Assembly: GCA_030141605.1 (NCBI GenBank)
Contig: JAQGDQ010002421.1
Coordinates: 1 to 54,755, forward strand
Direction of reading: 5' to 3'
DNA from: Tubiluchus corallicola
Lineage: Eukaryota > Animalia > Priapulida
DNA length: 54,755 bases
The notes under the pieces are model-generated. The model saw only the letters and a list, made by a program, of their open reading frames with translations. It made no database searches and had not been told where the DNA came from. The stretch's first letter is position 1; each line of letters begins with the position of its first letter. The position numbers were made by a program, and so were the translations under genes. This document shows positions 43,419 to 53,009 of the stretch, piece after piece.

Positions 43419-44180
43419 CTATACAATTAGCTTTAACCCATCATAACTAAAAAATGTATTTGGAGGTAGTGTTTTTGAAATCTCTTCATGCAATCCCATA
43501 GTGTGCCCAATGTGTGTTAGAAATGCTTTTTGTGGTTTTACCTCTTCAATGAGTTGCAATGCTTCTTTTAGTGTGAAATGTGAAATATGTTTTTTCTGTT
43601 GCAATGCGTTAACTACCAATACCTTTGAGTTATATATTTTGTCTTTTTCTTTGCTTGTAATTTTTTTGGCATCAGTAATATAGGTGAAGTCTTGTATCCT
43701 AAACCCCATAACAGGCAACTTGTAATGCATTACTTCTATGGGGAGAATTTCTATATCAAAAATTTTGAAAGGTTGATTATAAATTTCTATTAGCTCTAAT
43801 TGTGGTATGCCCGGATATTGGTTATTATCAAACACATAATAAAATTCTTTTTTTATATGTTTGATAACAATGTCAGACGCATATATAGGCACGGGAGATT
43901 GTTGCTTATGATTGAAAGCTCTTATATCATCTAGCCCCCCTGTGTGATCCTTGTGTTGGTGGGTAAACATTACGGCATTTAAGTGTTGTATTTTTTCTCG
44001 CAACATTTGTTGTCTGAAATCTGGGCTTGTATCTATTACTATGTTTTTGCCGTTTATTTGGATAAGTATAGATGATCTCAGTCGATTGTCTTTGGGATTG
44101 CTTGATTGGCAAACATTACAATCGCAAGCGATTACGGGAATTCCTTGCGATGTACCTGTTCCTAAAAACGTTACTATCAC
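43419..44180 (-). CDS. MBL-fold metallohydrolase (PhnP/YycJ-like)
   Basis: LGTGTSQGIP...C.C.VC, DTSPDFRQQ, THQHKDHTGGLDD, HISH, THIGH, YDGL. Confidence 0.9.
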   Translation of the reverse strand: MIVTFLGTGTSQGIPVIACDCNVCQSSNPKDNRLRSSILIQINGKNIVIDTSPDFRQQMLREKIQHLNAVMFTHQHKDHTGGLDDIRAFNHKQQSPVPIYASDIVIKHIKKEFYYVFDNNQYPGIPQLELIEIYNQPFKIFDIEILPIEVMHYKLPVMGFRIQDFTYITDAKKITSKEKDKIYNSKVLVVNALQQKKHISHFTLKEALQLIEEVKPQKAFLTHIGHTMGLHEEISKTLPPNTFFSYDGLKLIV

Positions 44181-44251
44181 GGTTGTTGATCTTGTTGATT
44201 AAATTTGCTTTTTTATAAGCAAAGGTATTAAAATTTAAAGATAAAATTACA

Positions 44252-46429
44252 TTAAGGGTTTACTAACTGCCATAAAAAATTACATACAGCTTTGTAGTCT
44301 GCTAAATTATATTTGGCACAAGACCCCATAGCTCCAACTTTTATAGTGTAGGCAGACGAAGGCATTTCTTGGAAAGTATACTCATCAGTTATATCATCTC
44401 CAACGGCGATAACGAAGTCATAATGTTTGTTTTCAAGAAATTTAGATGCAGCAGCTCCCTTATTAATGTTTACATTTTTTATTTCTAATACCTTATGCCC
44501 CTCCATTAATTGTAAACTTTTATTATGTATCAAAATATGTTCAAGGTGGCTCCTTAACTCTCCTATTCTTAGCTCCCCAAGCCCTGTTTCTACTTTTCTA
44601 TAGTGCCATGCCAAAGAATAATCTTTCTCTTCTACGAGGCTACCAGGAGTTCTGTTTTCATAAAGTTGTAATATTTTCTTAATTTCCTTTTCCAATTTGA
44701 TGTCAAATTTTCGATAAGTGTCCATTTGTTTTCACAACACTTTGACCAAATTCCGTGTTCTGCTATCATGCTTATAGGAAGGTGTTCAAACCACTTTCCT
44801 AATATTTTTTTATCACGCCCGCTAATGATTACGACATGATTTTTTGTGTCTTGTGATAATGCGTTTAATAAATTTAATATTTTTTCGTTAGGTTGTGCAT
44901 CTAATGGATTGTCATAAAACCTCTGTAGTGTGCCATCATAGTCAATAAAAAGAACCCTTTTTTGGCTATCATTATAGTGTTGTTTAATTTTTAGCGCTAT
45001 GTTTTTGTTTATTCGTTTAGTTTTTAATTCTTTTTGAGACTTTTGGACGCTAGATAATTCTGACATAAATATTTCTCCCCAGTGAAAAATGTTATACTTC
45101 TTAATGGTTTTTTGCATAGACGTTACTCTTTGTCGTTGTTCTTTAATGGGCATTTCTAATGCTTCTTTTAAAATATCAGCGACTTTGTTAATGTCGTTTG
45201 GGTTAATTATTAGTGCTTCATTGAGTTGTTTTGCCGCTCCTGCTACTTCACTTAAAATCAATGTTCCTTCTTGATCTAACTTACTTGCAATGTATTCTTT
45301 ACTTACCAAATTCATACCATCTCGCATGGGGGTAATGATTGCTACTTGTGAAATTTTGTAGAAGGCTATTAATGAGTGAAATTCAAATGAACGATAAAAG
45401 TAGTGGATAGGAGTCCAATTTACTCTTCCATGCTTGCCATTTACTTTGCCAACTAGCAAATCAACTTCTTCTTTCAGTGCTTTATAATGCCCTACACTAT
45501 CTCTTGAGGGGACTACTATTAAAATTAATGATGCTTGGTTTTTGTATTCAGGATATTTGTTCAAAAAATGATCAAAAGCTTTTATTCGTTCTGTTATACC
45601 TTTGGTATAATCTAATCGGTCAACAGATATTATGATTTTTTGATTATCAAAGGCTTTGAGAAATGCTTTTTCTTTTTTTATTGTTTGCTCTGAATTTGCT
45701 TCTCTTTGAAACTTATCAAAGTCAATTCCCATAGGAAAGGCATCCACTTTTGTTAGTCTGTTGTTATCAAAAAGAGTTCCTTTTTCATCTCTAATTCCTA
45801 ATAGGCGATTAGTAGCACTCAAAAAGTGACGCATATCATCAAATGTATGAAAGCCTATTAAATCACTTCCTAACATTCCTCGTAACTTTTTTTCTCCATG
45901 GTATTAGCCTAAAAACCTCGAAAGAAGGAAAGGGTATATGTTGAAAAAAACCTATAACGGCATTAGGAAGGGCTTCTCTGAGCATTTGAGGAAGCATAAG
46001 CAGTTGATAGTCGTGCACCCAAATAGTGTCATCTTCATTGGCATGTTTTAATATCAAATCGCAGTATTTTTGATTTACTCTTTGGTAGGAGTCAAAAAAG
46101 CGATGTTTCATGATGGCAAATTGGGTAAAATAATGAAATATAGGCCATAGTATCTCATTGCTAAATCCTTCATAGTAGTTTTCCACTTGTTTTTTTGACA
46201 AGAATAGAGGCACCATCTTTTTCTTCATCAGGTGAGACCGGATATCTTTTCTTTCTGCTTTGTCTTTTGTAATATACCCACTCCATCCTATCCATAGATT
46301 GTTGTCTTTTTGGTGAATGGGAGTTAATCCTGTTGCAACTCCGCCTTCGCTTAATTCGTAAACTAAGTTATTGTCTTGATTTGATATTTTTATTGGTAAT
46401 CTATTGGATACAATTATTGTTTTTTTCAT
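44252..46429 (-). CDS. otsAB: Bifunctional trehalose-6-phosphate synthase/phosphatase (OtsA-OtsB fusion), split by two indels (~45890, ~44690)
   Basis: VSNRLP, GGVATG, WVHDYQL, HIPFP, DRLDYTKG, DGMNLV.KEY, DYDGTL, SGR, WHYR, GDD.TDE. Both breaks fall in A runs. Confidence 0.9.
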
Positions 46430-46563
46430 AAGTGTCGACACGTAGTTTGTTTTACTGCTTTGATATGTTGTTGAAACATCAAAATAAGCAAATTTTTTTT
46501 AATTTTCAAACCATCTTCAAAGGGATGTTTTTAGTTTATTTGAAAGTGGTTGGTAATTGAATG

Positions 46564-47595
46564 TTAAGGGGAGTGCTTGCCTAATATATTGACCTCTAAT
46601 TCTAATTTAATTTTGAATTTTTCTAATATAGAGCGTGCTATTTTTTTAGCCATTAGCAGCACATCGTTTCCCTTTGCATTTCCTAAGTTAATCAACACTA
46701 GGGGATTTTGTTTATAAACCGCTACGCTGTTTTCTTGCTTTCCTTTCCAGCCAGATTGTTCTATAAGCCAAGCTGCCGATATTTTTATTTTATTTTTGCC
46801 AACAGGAAAACCTGTAAGGGAGTTATGATTTTTTTTTATTGTTTCAAAATGCTTGATATCTATTATTGGGTTTTTGAAAAAACTTCCAGCATTACCATTT
46901 TTTTTGTAATCAACAAGTTTGTTTTTTCTCATAAGTTTAACAGCCTCACTGACTTCTTGTGGTGAGGGATTCTGTATGTTTTGTTGCTGAAAATACTCTT
47001 TTAGAGGTAGATATGTTAAGTTTGTTTTTTTGTCTTTTCGTAGCTTTAAAACAACGCTTGTAATTAGTTTCTTGTTATATTCGTTTAATTGAAAGATACT
47101 TTTTCTGTAATCAAACTTGCAGTCATTGAGAGAAAATTCTTCTATTTTTGAAGTTATCAGGTCAAAGGTGTGGAGTGAAGATAAGAAATCTTTAAATTCT
47201 GCTCCATATGCCCCTATGTTTTGCACAGGTGCTGCTCCTACTGTTCCTGGAATGAGTGCCATATTTTCTAATCCAAAGAAATTTTTCGAAAGGGTATAAT
47301 CTACAATGTTGCTCCAACTTTCTCCACTGTTGATAGATAACCAAGCGTGTTGACTGTTTTCTTTTACTATTTTTTTCCCTTTTAAATTAACCTTGATAAT
47401 TATACCATTGTAATTTTCAGTAAATAATACGTTGCTACCTTGCCCTAATATCAAAAACTTTTCTGTTTTAAAAATATCCCTACTTACTAATGTGTGTAAA
47501 TCACTAATAGAATTTATTTCAACAAAATACTTGGCTGTTACATCAATATTGAACGTATTGTGTTTTTTTAGAGATACATCCCTTTGCATGGTCAT
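46564..47595 (-). CDS. murB: UDP-N-acetylmuramate dehydrogenase
   Basis: NTF.I, LGQGSNVL, GLENMALIPGTVGAAPVQNIGAYG, NAGSFFKNP, LELEV. Confidence 0.96.
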   Translation of the reverse strand: MTMQRDVSLKKHNTFNIDVTAKYFVEINSISDLHTLVSRDIFKTEKFLILGQGSNVLFTENYNGIIIKVNLKGKKIVKENSQHAWLSINSGESWSNIVDYTLSKNFFGLENMALIPGTVGAAPVQNIGAYGAEFKDFLSSLHTFDLITSKIEEFSLNDCKFDYRKSIFQLNEYNKKLITSVVLKLRKDKKTNLTYLPLKEYFQQQNIQNPSPQEVSEAVKLMRKNKLVDYKKNGNAGSFFKNPIIDIKHFETIKKNHNSLTGFPVGKNKIKISAAWLIEQSGWKGKQENSVAVYKQNPLVLINLGNAKGNDVLLMAKKIARSILEKFKIKLELEVNILGKHSP

Positions 47596-47623
47596 TTGAT
47601 AGATATCTTTTAATCTTTATCTA

Positions 47624-48913
47624 TTACCTATTCATCAATTCTTCTATTTCTTCTGCTTCAATAGGGATGTTTTTCGTCAGATCTATGTTGCCTCCTTTAT
47701 GGATAACGATGTCGTTTTCTATTCTTACTCCCAGTTTTTCCTCTCTTATATATATTCCTGGCTCTACGGTAAGCACCATGCCATCTTTCATTTTTTGAAG
47801 TGTATTTCCATAATCATGCACATCTAATCCTAGATGATGCGAAGTTCCGTGCATAAAGTATTTTTTGTATGCGGGCCAATTTTTGTCTTGATTTTTAATG
47901 TCCGTTTTGTCTAATAATTTTAGACTAAGCAGCTCGCTTTCCATTATTTTACCAACCTCTATGTGATATTTGGGCAGGCTATTCCCTTCTTTTAATAATT
48001 TTACAGCTTCGCGATGTACATGTAGCACAGAGTTATAAACTTCTTTTTGTCTTTTGTTATATTTTCCATTAACGGGAATTGTTCTCGTCATGTCAGCATT
48101 ATATCTTGCATATTGTGCCCCCGTGTCAATAAGCAGCAAATCCCCATCCTTACAAGGCTGATTGTTAGCAATGTAGTGTAGTACACAGGCATTATATCCT
48201 GATGCAATAATGGGATCAAAAGCAAATCCTGTTGCTCTATTGCTTAAAAATTCATGTATTATTTCTGCTTCCACCTCATACTCCATTTTTTTGGGAGTTA
48301 CAAATTTCAATACTCTTCTAAATGCCTTTTCTGTAATGTCACAAGATTTTTGCAATAGATCTATTTCCAATTCGGATTTCACCGCCCTTATACTGTGCAT
48401 AATAGGGGCGGAGCGCTCAAGTTTATGTAAGGGGTATTTTTCTTTGCAAAGCTTGATAAACCTGTCATTAGCAGTTTCTACAACAGGTAGTGCCCTATAA
48501 TGCTCGTTAGTATTAAGATATACCCTTTTTGTCTGAGACATTAAGCCTCTAAAAACAGTATCAAACTCAGAAAGCCAATATACTGTTTTAATTCCAGACG
48601 TTTGTTCTGCTTCTTGTTTAGTGTATTTATGACCTTCCCAAATGGCTATATTTTCATTTGTTTCTTTTAAGAAAAGAATTTCTTTATGTTTTTCTTCTGG
48701 ACTATCAGGAAAAATAACCAATATGCTTTTCTCTTGGTCTATTCCGCTTAAATAAAAAATATCACTATGTTGTATAAATTTCATTGTACCATCAGCAGAT
48801 GTGGGCATGATGTCGTTAGAAAAGAAAACTGCTAACGAGTTTTTTTTCAGGTGTTTTGTGAATTTTTTTCTGTTTTTAGAAAAGAGTTTTTGGGGAATTG
48901 GTAAATATTTCAT
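47624..48913 (-). CDS. pepP: Xaa-Pro aminopeptidase
   Basis: AMP_N domain, LHY, DTGA.Y..Y.AD.TRT, HGTSHHLGLDVHD, TVEPGIY, RIEND. Confidence 0.9.
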   Translation of the reverse strand: MKYLPIPQKLFSKNRKKFTKHLKKNSLAVFFSNDIMPTSADGTMKFIQHSDIFYLSGIDQEKSILVIFPDSPEEKHKEILFLKETNENIAIWEGHKYTKQEAEQTSGIKTVYWLSEFDTVFRGLMSQTKRVYLNTNEHYRALPVVETANDRFIKLCKEKYPLHKLERSAPIMHSIRAVKSELEIDLLQKSCDITEKAFRRVLKFVTPKKMEYEVEAEIIHEFLSNRATGFAFDPIIASGYNACVLHYIANNQPCKDGDLLLIDTGAQYARYNADMTRTIPVNGKYNKRQKEVYNSVLHVHREAVKLLKEGNSLPKYHIEVGKIMESELLSLKLLDKTDIKNQDKNWPAYKKYFMHGTSHHLGLDVHDYGNTLQKMKDGMVLTVEPGIYIREEKLGVRIENDIVIHKGGNIDLTKNIPIEAEEIEELMNR

Positions 48914-48977
48914 ATTAAATTAATGATATTTTTTGTTTTTTATTTGGTTTTTAACAAAATGCGTTGTATAATTGCAT

Positions 48978-49057
48978 CATACTTTTTAGTAAGTTAAGTT
49001 AGTAAGATTGATTGTGAAAAAGCAAATTCCATTATAGAGTTTGCTTTTTCTTTTTTT
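48978..49057 (+). ncRNA. Candidate small RNA (promoter-to-terminator unit with no ORF)
   Basis: TTTG (48943) plus TATAATTG (48967), spaced 20 nt, followed by a ~40-nt U/A/G-rich body and a terminator whose long T tail is on the + strand. Confidence 0.4.
49016..49057. terminator. Intrinsic terminator (for dnaN and/or the candidate sRNA)
   Basis: GAAAAAGCAAATTC-cattata-GAGTTTGCTTTTTC then TTTTTTT. Confidence 0.75.
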
Positions 49058-49111
49058 CCTCTCTATTTGTTTTTTGCCTAACTTTTTGTTCTCTAGGGTT
49101 TGTTCACTTAT

Positions 49112-50227
49112 TTATCCTAATTTGAAAGGCATTAAAAGCATTAGTATGTTTTCTGCATTTTCCTGATCTTTTGGAATTAGCAAACCTGGCTTGTCTGGGC
49201 TTGAAAGTTTTAGTATTATTTTTTCTCCTTTCAATACACTTAGCATTTCTATTAAGTACTTCACATTAAACCCTATGTCCATATCTTCTCCATCATGCTC
49301 TATTGTTAGCTTTTCTTCTGCCTCATTAGAAAACTCTACATCTTGCCCAGAAATAGTTAACAAACTTCCTGTTATGCTTAACTTTGCCAAATGTGTTACT
49401 TTGTTAGTATAGATGGATATTCCTCGCAAAGCGTTAAGGATTTTTTCTCTTTCAACAGTGATGATATTTTTGTTGTTTTCAGGTATAATGTTCTCATAAT
49501 TAGGAAAATTGGCATCAACTAACCGACACAACACCTTCATGTTGTCAAACTCAAAAGAAGCATGAGATGAGTTATAAGAGATGTTTACGTTAATGTTTTC
49601 TTCTGAAAAAGTAGTTTTTAATAGGTTTAAAGCTTTTTTAGGAAAAAGCATTTTGGTTTCTTTTTCTGATGTAATATCTACTCTTCGGAAACGGACTAAT
49701 TTATGCCCATCGGATGATGCAAAAGTAGCATTGGTTGGAGTTAGAGTTAGATTTACTCCTGAAAATGCTTTTTTCATTTCATCATTGCTTGTGGCAAATA
49801 TTGTATTTGTTACTGCTGCAAAAAGTATATCTGATGACATGTTTATGCTATTGGCGTTATCTATCACTGGTGTTCTTGGAAAGTCCTCAGCCTCATAGCC
49901 TATAAGTTTATATTTTCCTGTGTCTGTGCTTATTTCTATAGAAAGATTGTCGTTATCAATGGAAAATGTAATGGGTTGTTCAGGCAAATTTTTTAATGTA
50001 TCTATTAACATTTTTGATGGAATGGCAATATTTGCACTATCTTTTCCTTCTACCTCTATGTTAGTGATGATGGTTGTATTTAGGTCTGAGGCAATAATGG
50101 TTAGTTCTTTTTTGTTTATTTGAAACAAAAAATTTTCTAAAATGGGCACTGGTGGATGAGTTGAGATGGCACCACTGGCTTTAATTATCTTTTTTAATAA
50201 TGATGTTGATGAAACTATAAACTTCAT
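49112..50227 (-). CDS. dnaN: DNA polymerase III beta clamp
   Basis: MKFIVSS..LLK, PILENFLF, ASDL, SDGHKL, FPNYE.IIP, GFNVKYLIE, LLMP. Confidence 0.95.
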   Translation of the reverse strand: MKFIVSSTSLLKKIIKASGAISTHPPVPILENFLFQINKKELTIIASDLNTTIITNIEVEGKDSANIAIPSKMLIDTLKNLPEQPITFSIDNDNLSIEISTDTGKYKLIGYEAEDFPRTPVIDNANSINMSSDILFAAVTNTIFATSNDEMKKAFSGVNLTLTPTNATFASSDGHKLVRFRRVDITSEKETKMLFPKKALNLLKTTFSEENINVNISYNSSHASFEFDNMKVLCRLVDANFPNYENIIPENNKNIITVEREKILNALRGISIYTNKVTHLAKLSITGSLLTISGQDVEFSNEAEEKLTIEHDGEDMDIGFNVKYLIEMLSVLKGEKIILKLSSPDKPGLLIPKDQENAENILMLLMPFKLG

Positions 50228-50415
50228 TGGTAATTAATTTTTATTGATAATTTAGTTTTTTTCATTGTTTTGAAAGAATTTTATAAACAACAAATTGACA
50301 TTACAATTGTTCAGTCGTTTTTACAAAATTCAAGCATTTTCACATACACTTAAATTTAAGTGTTAACAAAGTTAAATATTTGTTATTTAAAACAAAAGAA
50401 TGTAGATATTTTTTA

Positions 50416-51615
50416 TTAACTCCCATCGTTCAGGTCTTCGGGACGCGAATAATTAGGATCAGAGAGCAGGTCATGATCTGTCAGTGTGAGCAAAAATGCT
50501 TTTAATGCTTTTTTGTCCTCATCACTTAAATGCACGCCTCCTTTGTGAACATGTTTCATGAGGGGGTCAGCATATTGAGAGTTTACCAACCCTTCTGAGT
50601 AGTGGTCAATTACCTCGTCTAACGTTTTAAACCTTCCATCATGCATGTATGGAGAGTTGACTTCACAGTTTATTAATGAAGGAGCTTTGTATGCTCCAAT
50701 GTCTATGGGATTTTTTGTGACTTTATACCTGTCAAGGTTGTCGCCGTCAAATGAAGCGTCCAATGCATTATTGAAGTAATCATCTGCCATGAATAACCCT
50801 CCACTATGGCAATGAAAACAGTCTGCATCTTCGGTTAGAAAAAGCCTAGCACCTTTTCTTTCTTCTACTGTTAATTCAGCGTTTTTTTGTAGATATTTAT
50901 GATACTTTGAGCGGTATGAAATAATTGTTCTTACAAATTGAGCAATAGCTTTAGATATCCTCTCAATATTGATGTTGGGAGTTCCAAAAGCATCTTCAAA
51001 CATTTTAGAATATATTGGATCTTGTGCAATGGCATCTACTGCTTTTTCTATGGTTGTGTTCATTTCATCTTTGGCAACAATGGCTGTCCATGTAAAAGAT
51101 TCTAAATTTCTATAATGATACTCAGGAGAAGCAGACACAGAAAGGTGTTCATTTCCCAACTGCATATTTTGAGCATTGATAGATCCATTCCATTTATATC
51201 CGTTGTGCAAAAAAACCAAATTAACAGTTGAAAGTGAGATGTGCTTTGTTTTTCTTCCATCAGGATATTCTTGATCGGGTATTCCTCTTGGAAACCCATC
51301 AGGAAACTTTGGGTCATCAAGTCCTAGTCCAAATCCGTTTTCTTGTCTGTGGCATGTGGCACAACTCATTAAGGAGTCAGGGTGTAGGCGTCCTGATAGC
51401 CGCCCATCGTAAAAGAGATATCTACCGAGTTTTACTCCTTCTACCGTCATGGGATTGTCATTGGGGATATTCAAATTTTTCGGAAAAAAATAGGGGAGTT
51501 CAGGGAATTGATATGGTGTTGCTTGAAATTTGGCTTCTTTATCTTTGCATGATATTATCAAGCTGCATAGCAATAGCAAAAAGGTGTGGTTTATTTTTAT
51601 AAATATATTGTTCAT
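50416..51615 (-). CDS. Di-heme cytochrome c peroxidase family lipoprotein (MauG/MbnH-like)
   Basis: Lipobox ISC, DNPMT..GVKLGRYLFYDGRLS, CATCH, CFHCH, KAPSL.N....PYMHDGRF.TL.EV.DHY, AFL.TLTD. Confidence 0.88.
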   Translation of the reverse strand: MNNIFIKINHTFLLLLCSLIISCKDKEAKFQATPYQFPELPYFFPKNLNIPNDNPMTVEGVKLGRYLFYDGRLSGRLHPDSLMSCATCHRQENGFGLGLDDPKFPDGFPRGIPDQEYPDGRKTKHISLSTVNLVFLHNGYKWNGSINAQNMQLGNEHLSVSASPEYHYRNLESFTWTAIVAKDEMNTTIEKAVDAIAQDPIYSKMFEDAFGTPNINIERISKAIAQFVRTIISYRSKYHKYLQKNAELTVEERKGARLFLTEDADCFHCHSGGLFMADDYFNNALDASFDGDNLDRYKVTKNPIDIGAYKAPSLINCEVNSPYMHDGRFKTLDEVIDHYSEGLVNSQYADPLMKHVHKGGVHLSDEDKKALKAFLLTLTDHDLLSDPNYSRPEDLNDGS

Positions 51616-51619
51616 TTAC

Positions 51620-51895
51620 TTAATATTTTATTTCACATGAAAAGGCGTTTTCTTCTCCATTTTTCACTCCTTTCGCCATTGCCTTTTGGTTACTCATGAT
51701 GGCATTCCCATCTATATTGAAGTCATATGTTTCGGGATTTTCAAACCAGTTGTTTACTTCCATTTTTATATCTACTTGCATGTTATTTTTTCCCTCTGTT
51801 ATTTCAAAGCTGCTATTTGGCAATACTACGGCAAACCAGTTTTCTATAAATTCTTTTGCGACAGGTGAGTTTTCGCCATCATCCCATATTTGTCC
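51620..51895 (-). pseudogene. C-terminal fragment of an MbnP-like protein, truncated at the sequence junction
   Basis: Reads GQIWDD...FIENWFAVVLP...MEVNNWFENPETYDF......IMSNQKAM..GVKNG..AF and lies directly upstream of the MbnH-like gene. Upstream of GQI the frame enters unrelated DNA and hits TGA at 51938-51940. Confidence 0.65.
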
Positions 51896-52735
51896 TTGAC
51901 AAGAACAACGCGAGATGTCCCAAGCCGCGACGTATAGTCAATCAGACAAATAAATAAATACTTTGAAGTAAACAAAAAGACTAGAGTCTTTGGCAGACGA
52001 ATTAATCATGTTTATCAAGTCTCCAGGGCAAGACGCCTTTTTGCACGTGTTTTTCTTTCTTTTTAAAACAATGGGAGCGAGTTTGTCGCCATTTATCGCA
52101 ATTTGTCCTAAACAACGATCATTGCTACAGTTACTTGAATCCAAACTGTGTCAACAAAACACAAGTTAAACCAACGGGAACATTCCTGCTTTAAACTAAA
52201 ATCTTCTCCAGTAGTTTTGTATTTACAAGCTGCTGAAGAACGGGGAAGCTAAGTGGTTTCCAACACCCAGTGCATGCCGGGATATGTTTATTTTCAGCGC
52301 GCGGTGCTGGTGACGTCAGAAGATGGTAAGGCTAGTCAAGCGTGGTACTAATTTAAGCAGATGAATCCGCGAAGCTTGTTTGTCTAATTTGTGAAAACAT
52401 TCGGTTAAGAAAAAGTTGAACAGAGACAACGCCTGAAAGCCGGGCATGTTCAATGAGAAATAAGTTGAAAAGTTAAAATTGTTTAGTGAAAAGGTTATTA
52501 TATAAATAGGCCAAGATGAAGTAAAAAAGTTGTGTTGCTCAAATCAGTCTAGACCTCCGACAGGAACCTTGATTTCATAAAAGATAAAACTGGGGGGCGA
52601 CCGGTAAGAATTTTCAGACATAGAATGCCACTTATGTCTGCAGGTGTGACGCAGGACGATTGCAAACAAACAGATTTCGACAAATGTTTCGGATACTTCT
52701 AGTACTGACTTACGTTATTAATTCTGCCATTCTTT

Positions 52736-53009
52736 CAGTGCCTGATTTAGGTATAAGTTAAATAAGCTACACCTTAGAGCCTCACAATGTACATGGGGCC
52801 TCAGGAAGATTCCAGATTGCGTTTTATACTCATTTTTATAATTAAGTAATATTTTAGTCGTAAGATAATTTGTATTGTTCACTTTGCTATTAAATATTCA
52901 AATGGCATATATACACTGTCAAGTTTTCTGGTAATTGATGTAATTTTAAAAAAGGGGGCCTCATGGCTTTATATAGCTTAGGGCCTCACCGATTCTAAAC
53001 ACGGTACTG
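52736..53009. mobile_element. hAT-type non-autonomous element (MITE)
   Basis: CAG...CTG termini; imperfect 15-bp TIRs (CAGTGCCTGATTTAG vs CAGTACCGTGTTTAG, 11/15). Flanked by CATTCTTT / CATTCATT (7/8 match, 8-bp TSD). Internal (G/A)GGCCTCA-type repeats. Confidence 0.65.

Noticed and set aside
44252-46429. OtsA-OtsB fusion as a novelty
   Set aside because: Fused TPS/TPP is already known in Bacteroidota, including Cytophaga.
1009-51602. Many short antisense or overlapping ORFs in the ORF track
   Set aside because: They are shadows of well-supported genes, with no independent motifs.
1-51895. tRNA/rRNA genes, IS elements, prophage or defence systems
   Set aside because: No cloverleaf or rRNA motifs and no transposase, integrase or defence-type ORFs were recognised by eye.
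51938-52144. 68-aa ORF in the tail
   Set aside because: No recognisable motif, and it lies in non-coding-like DNA.
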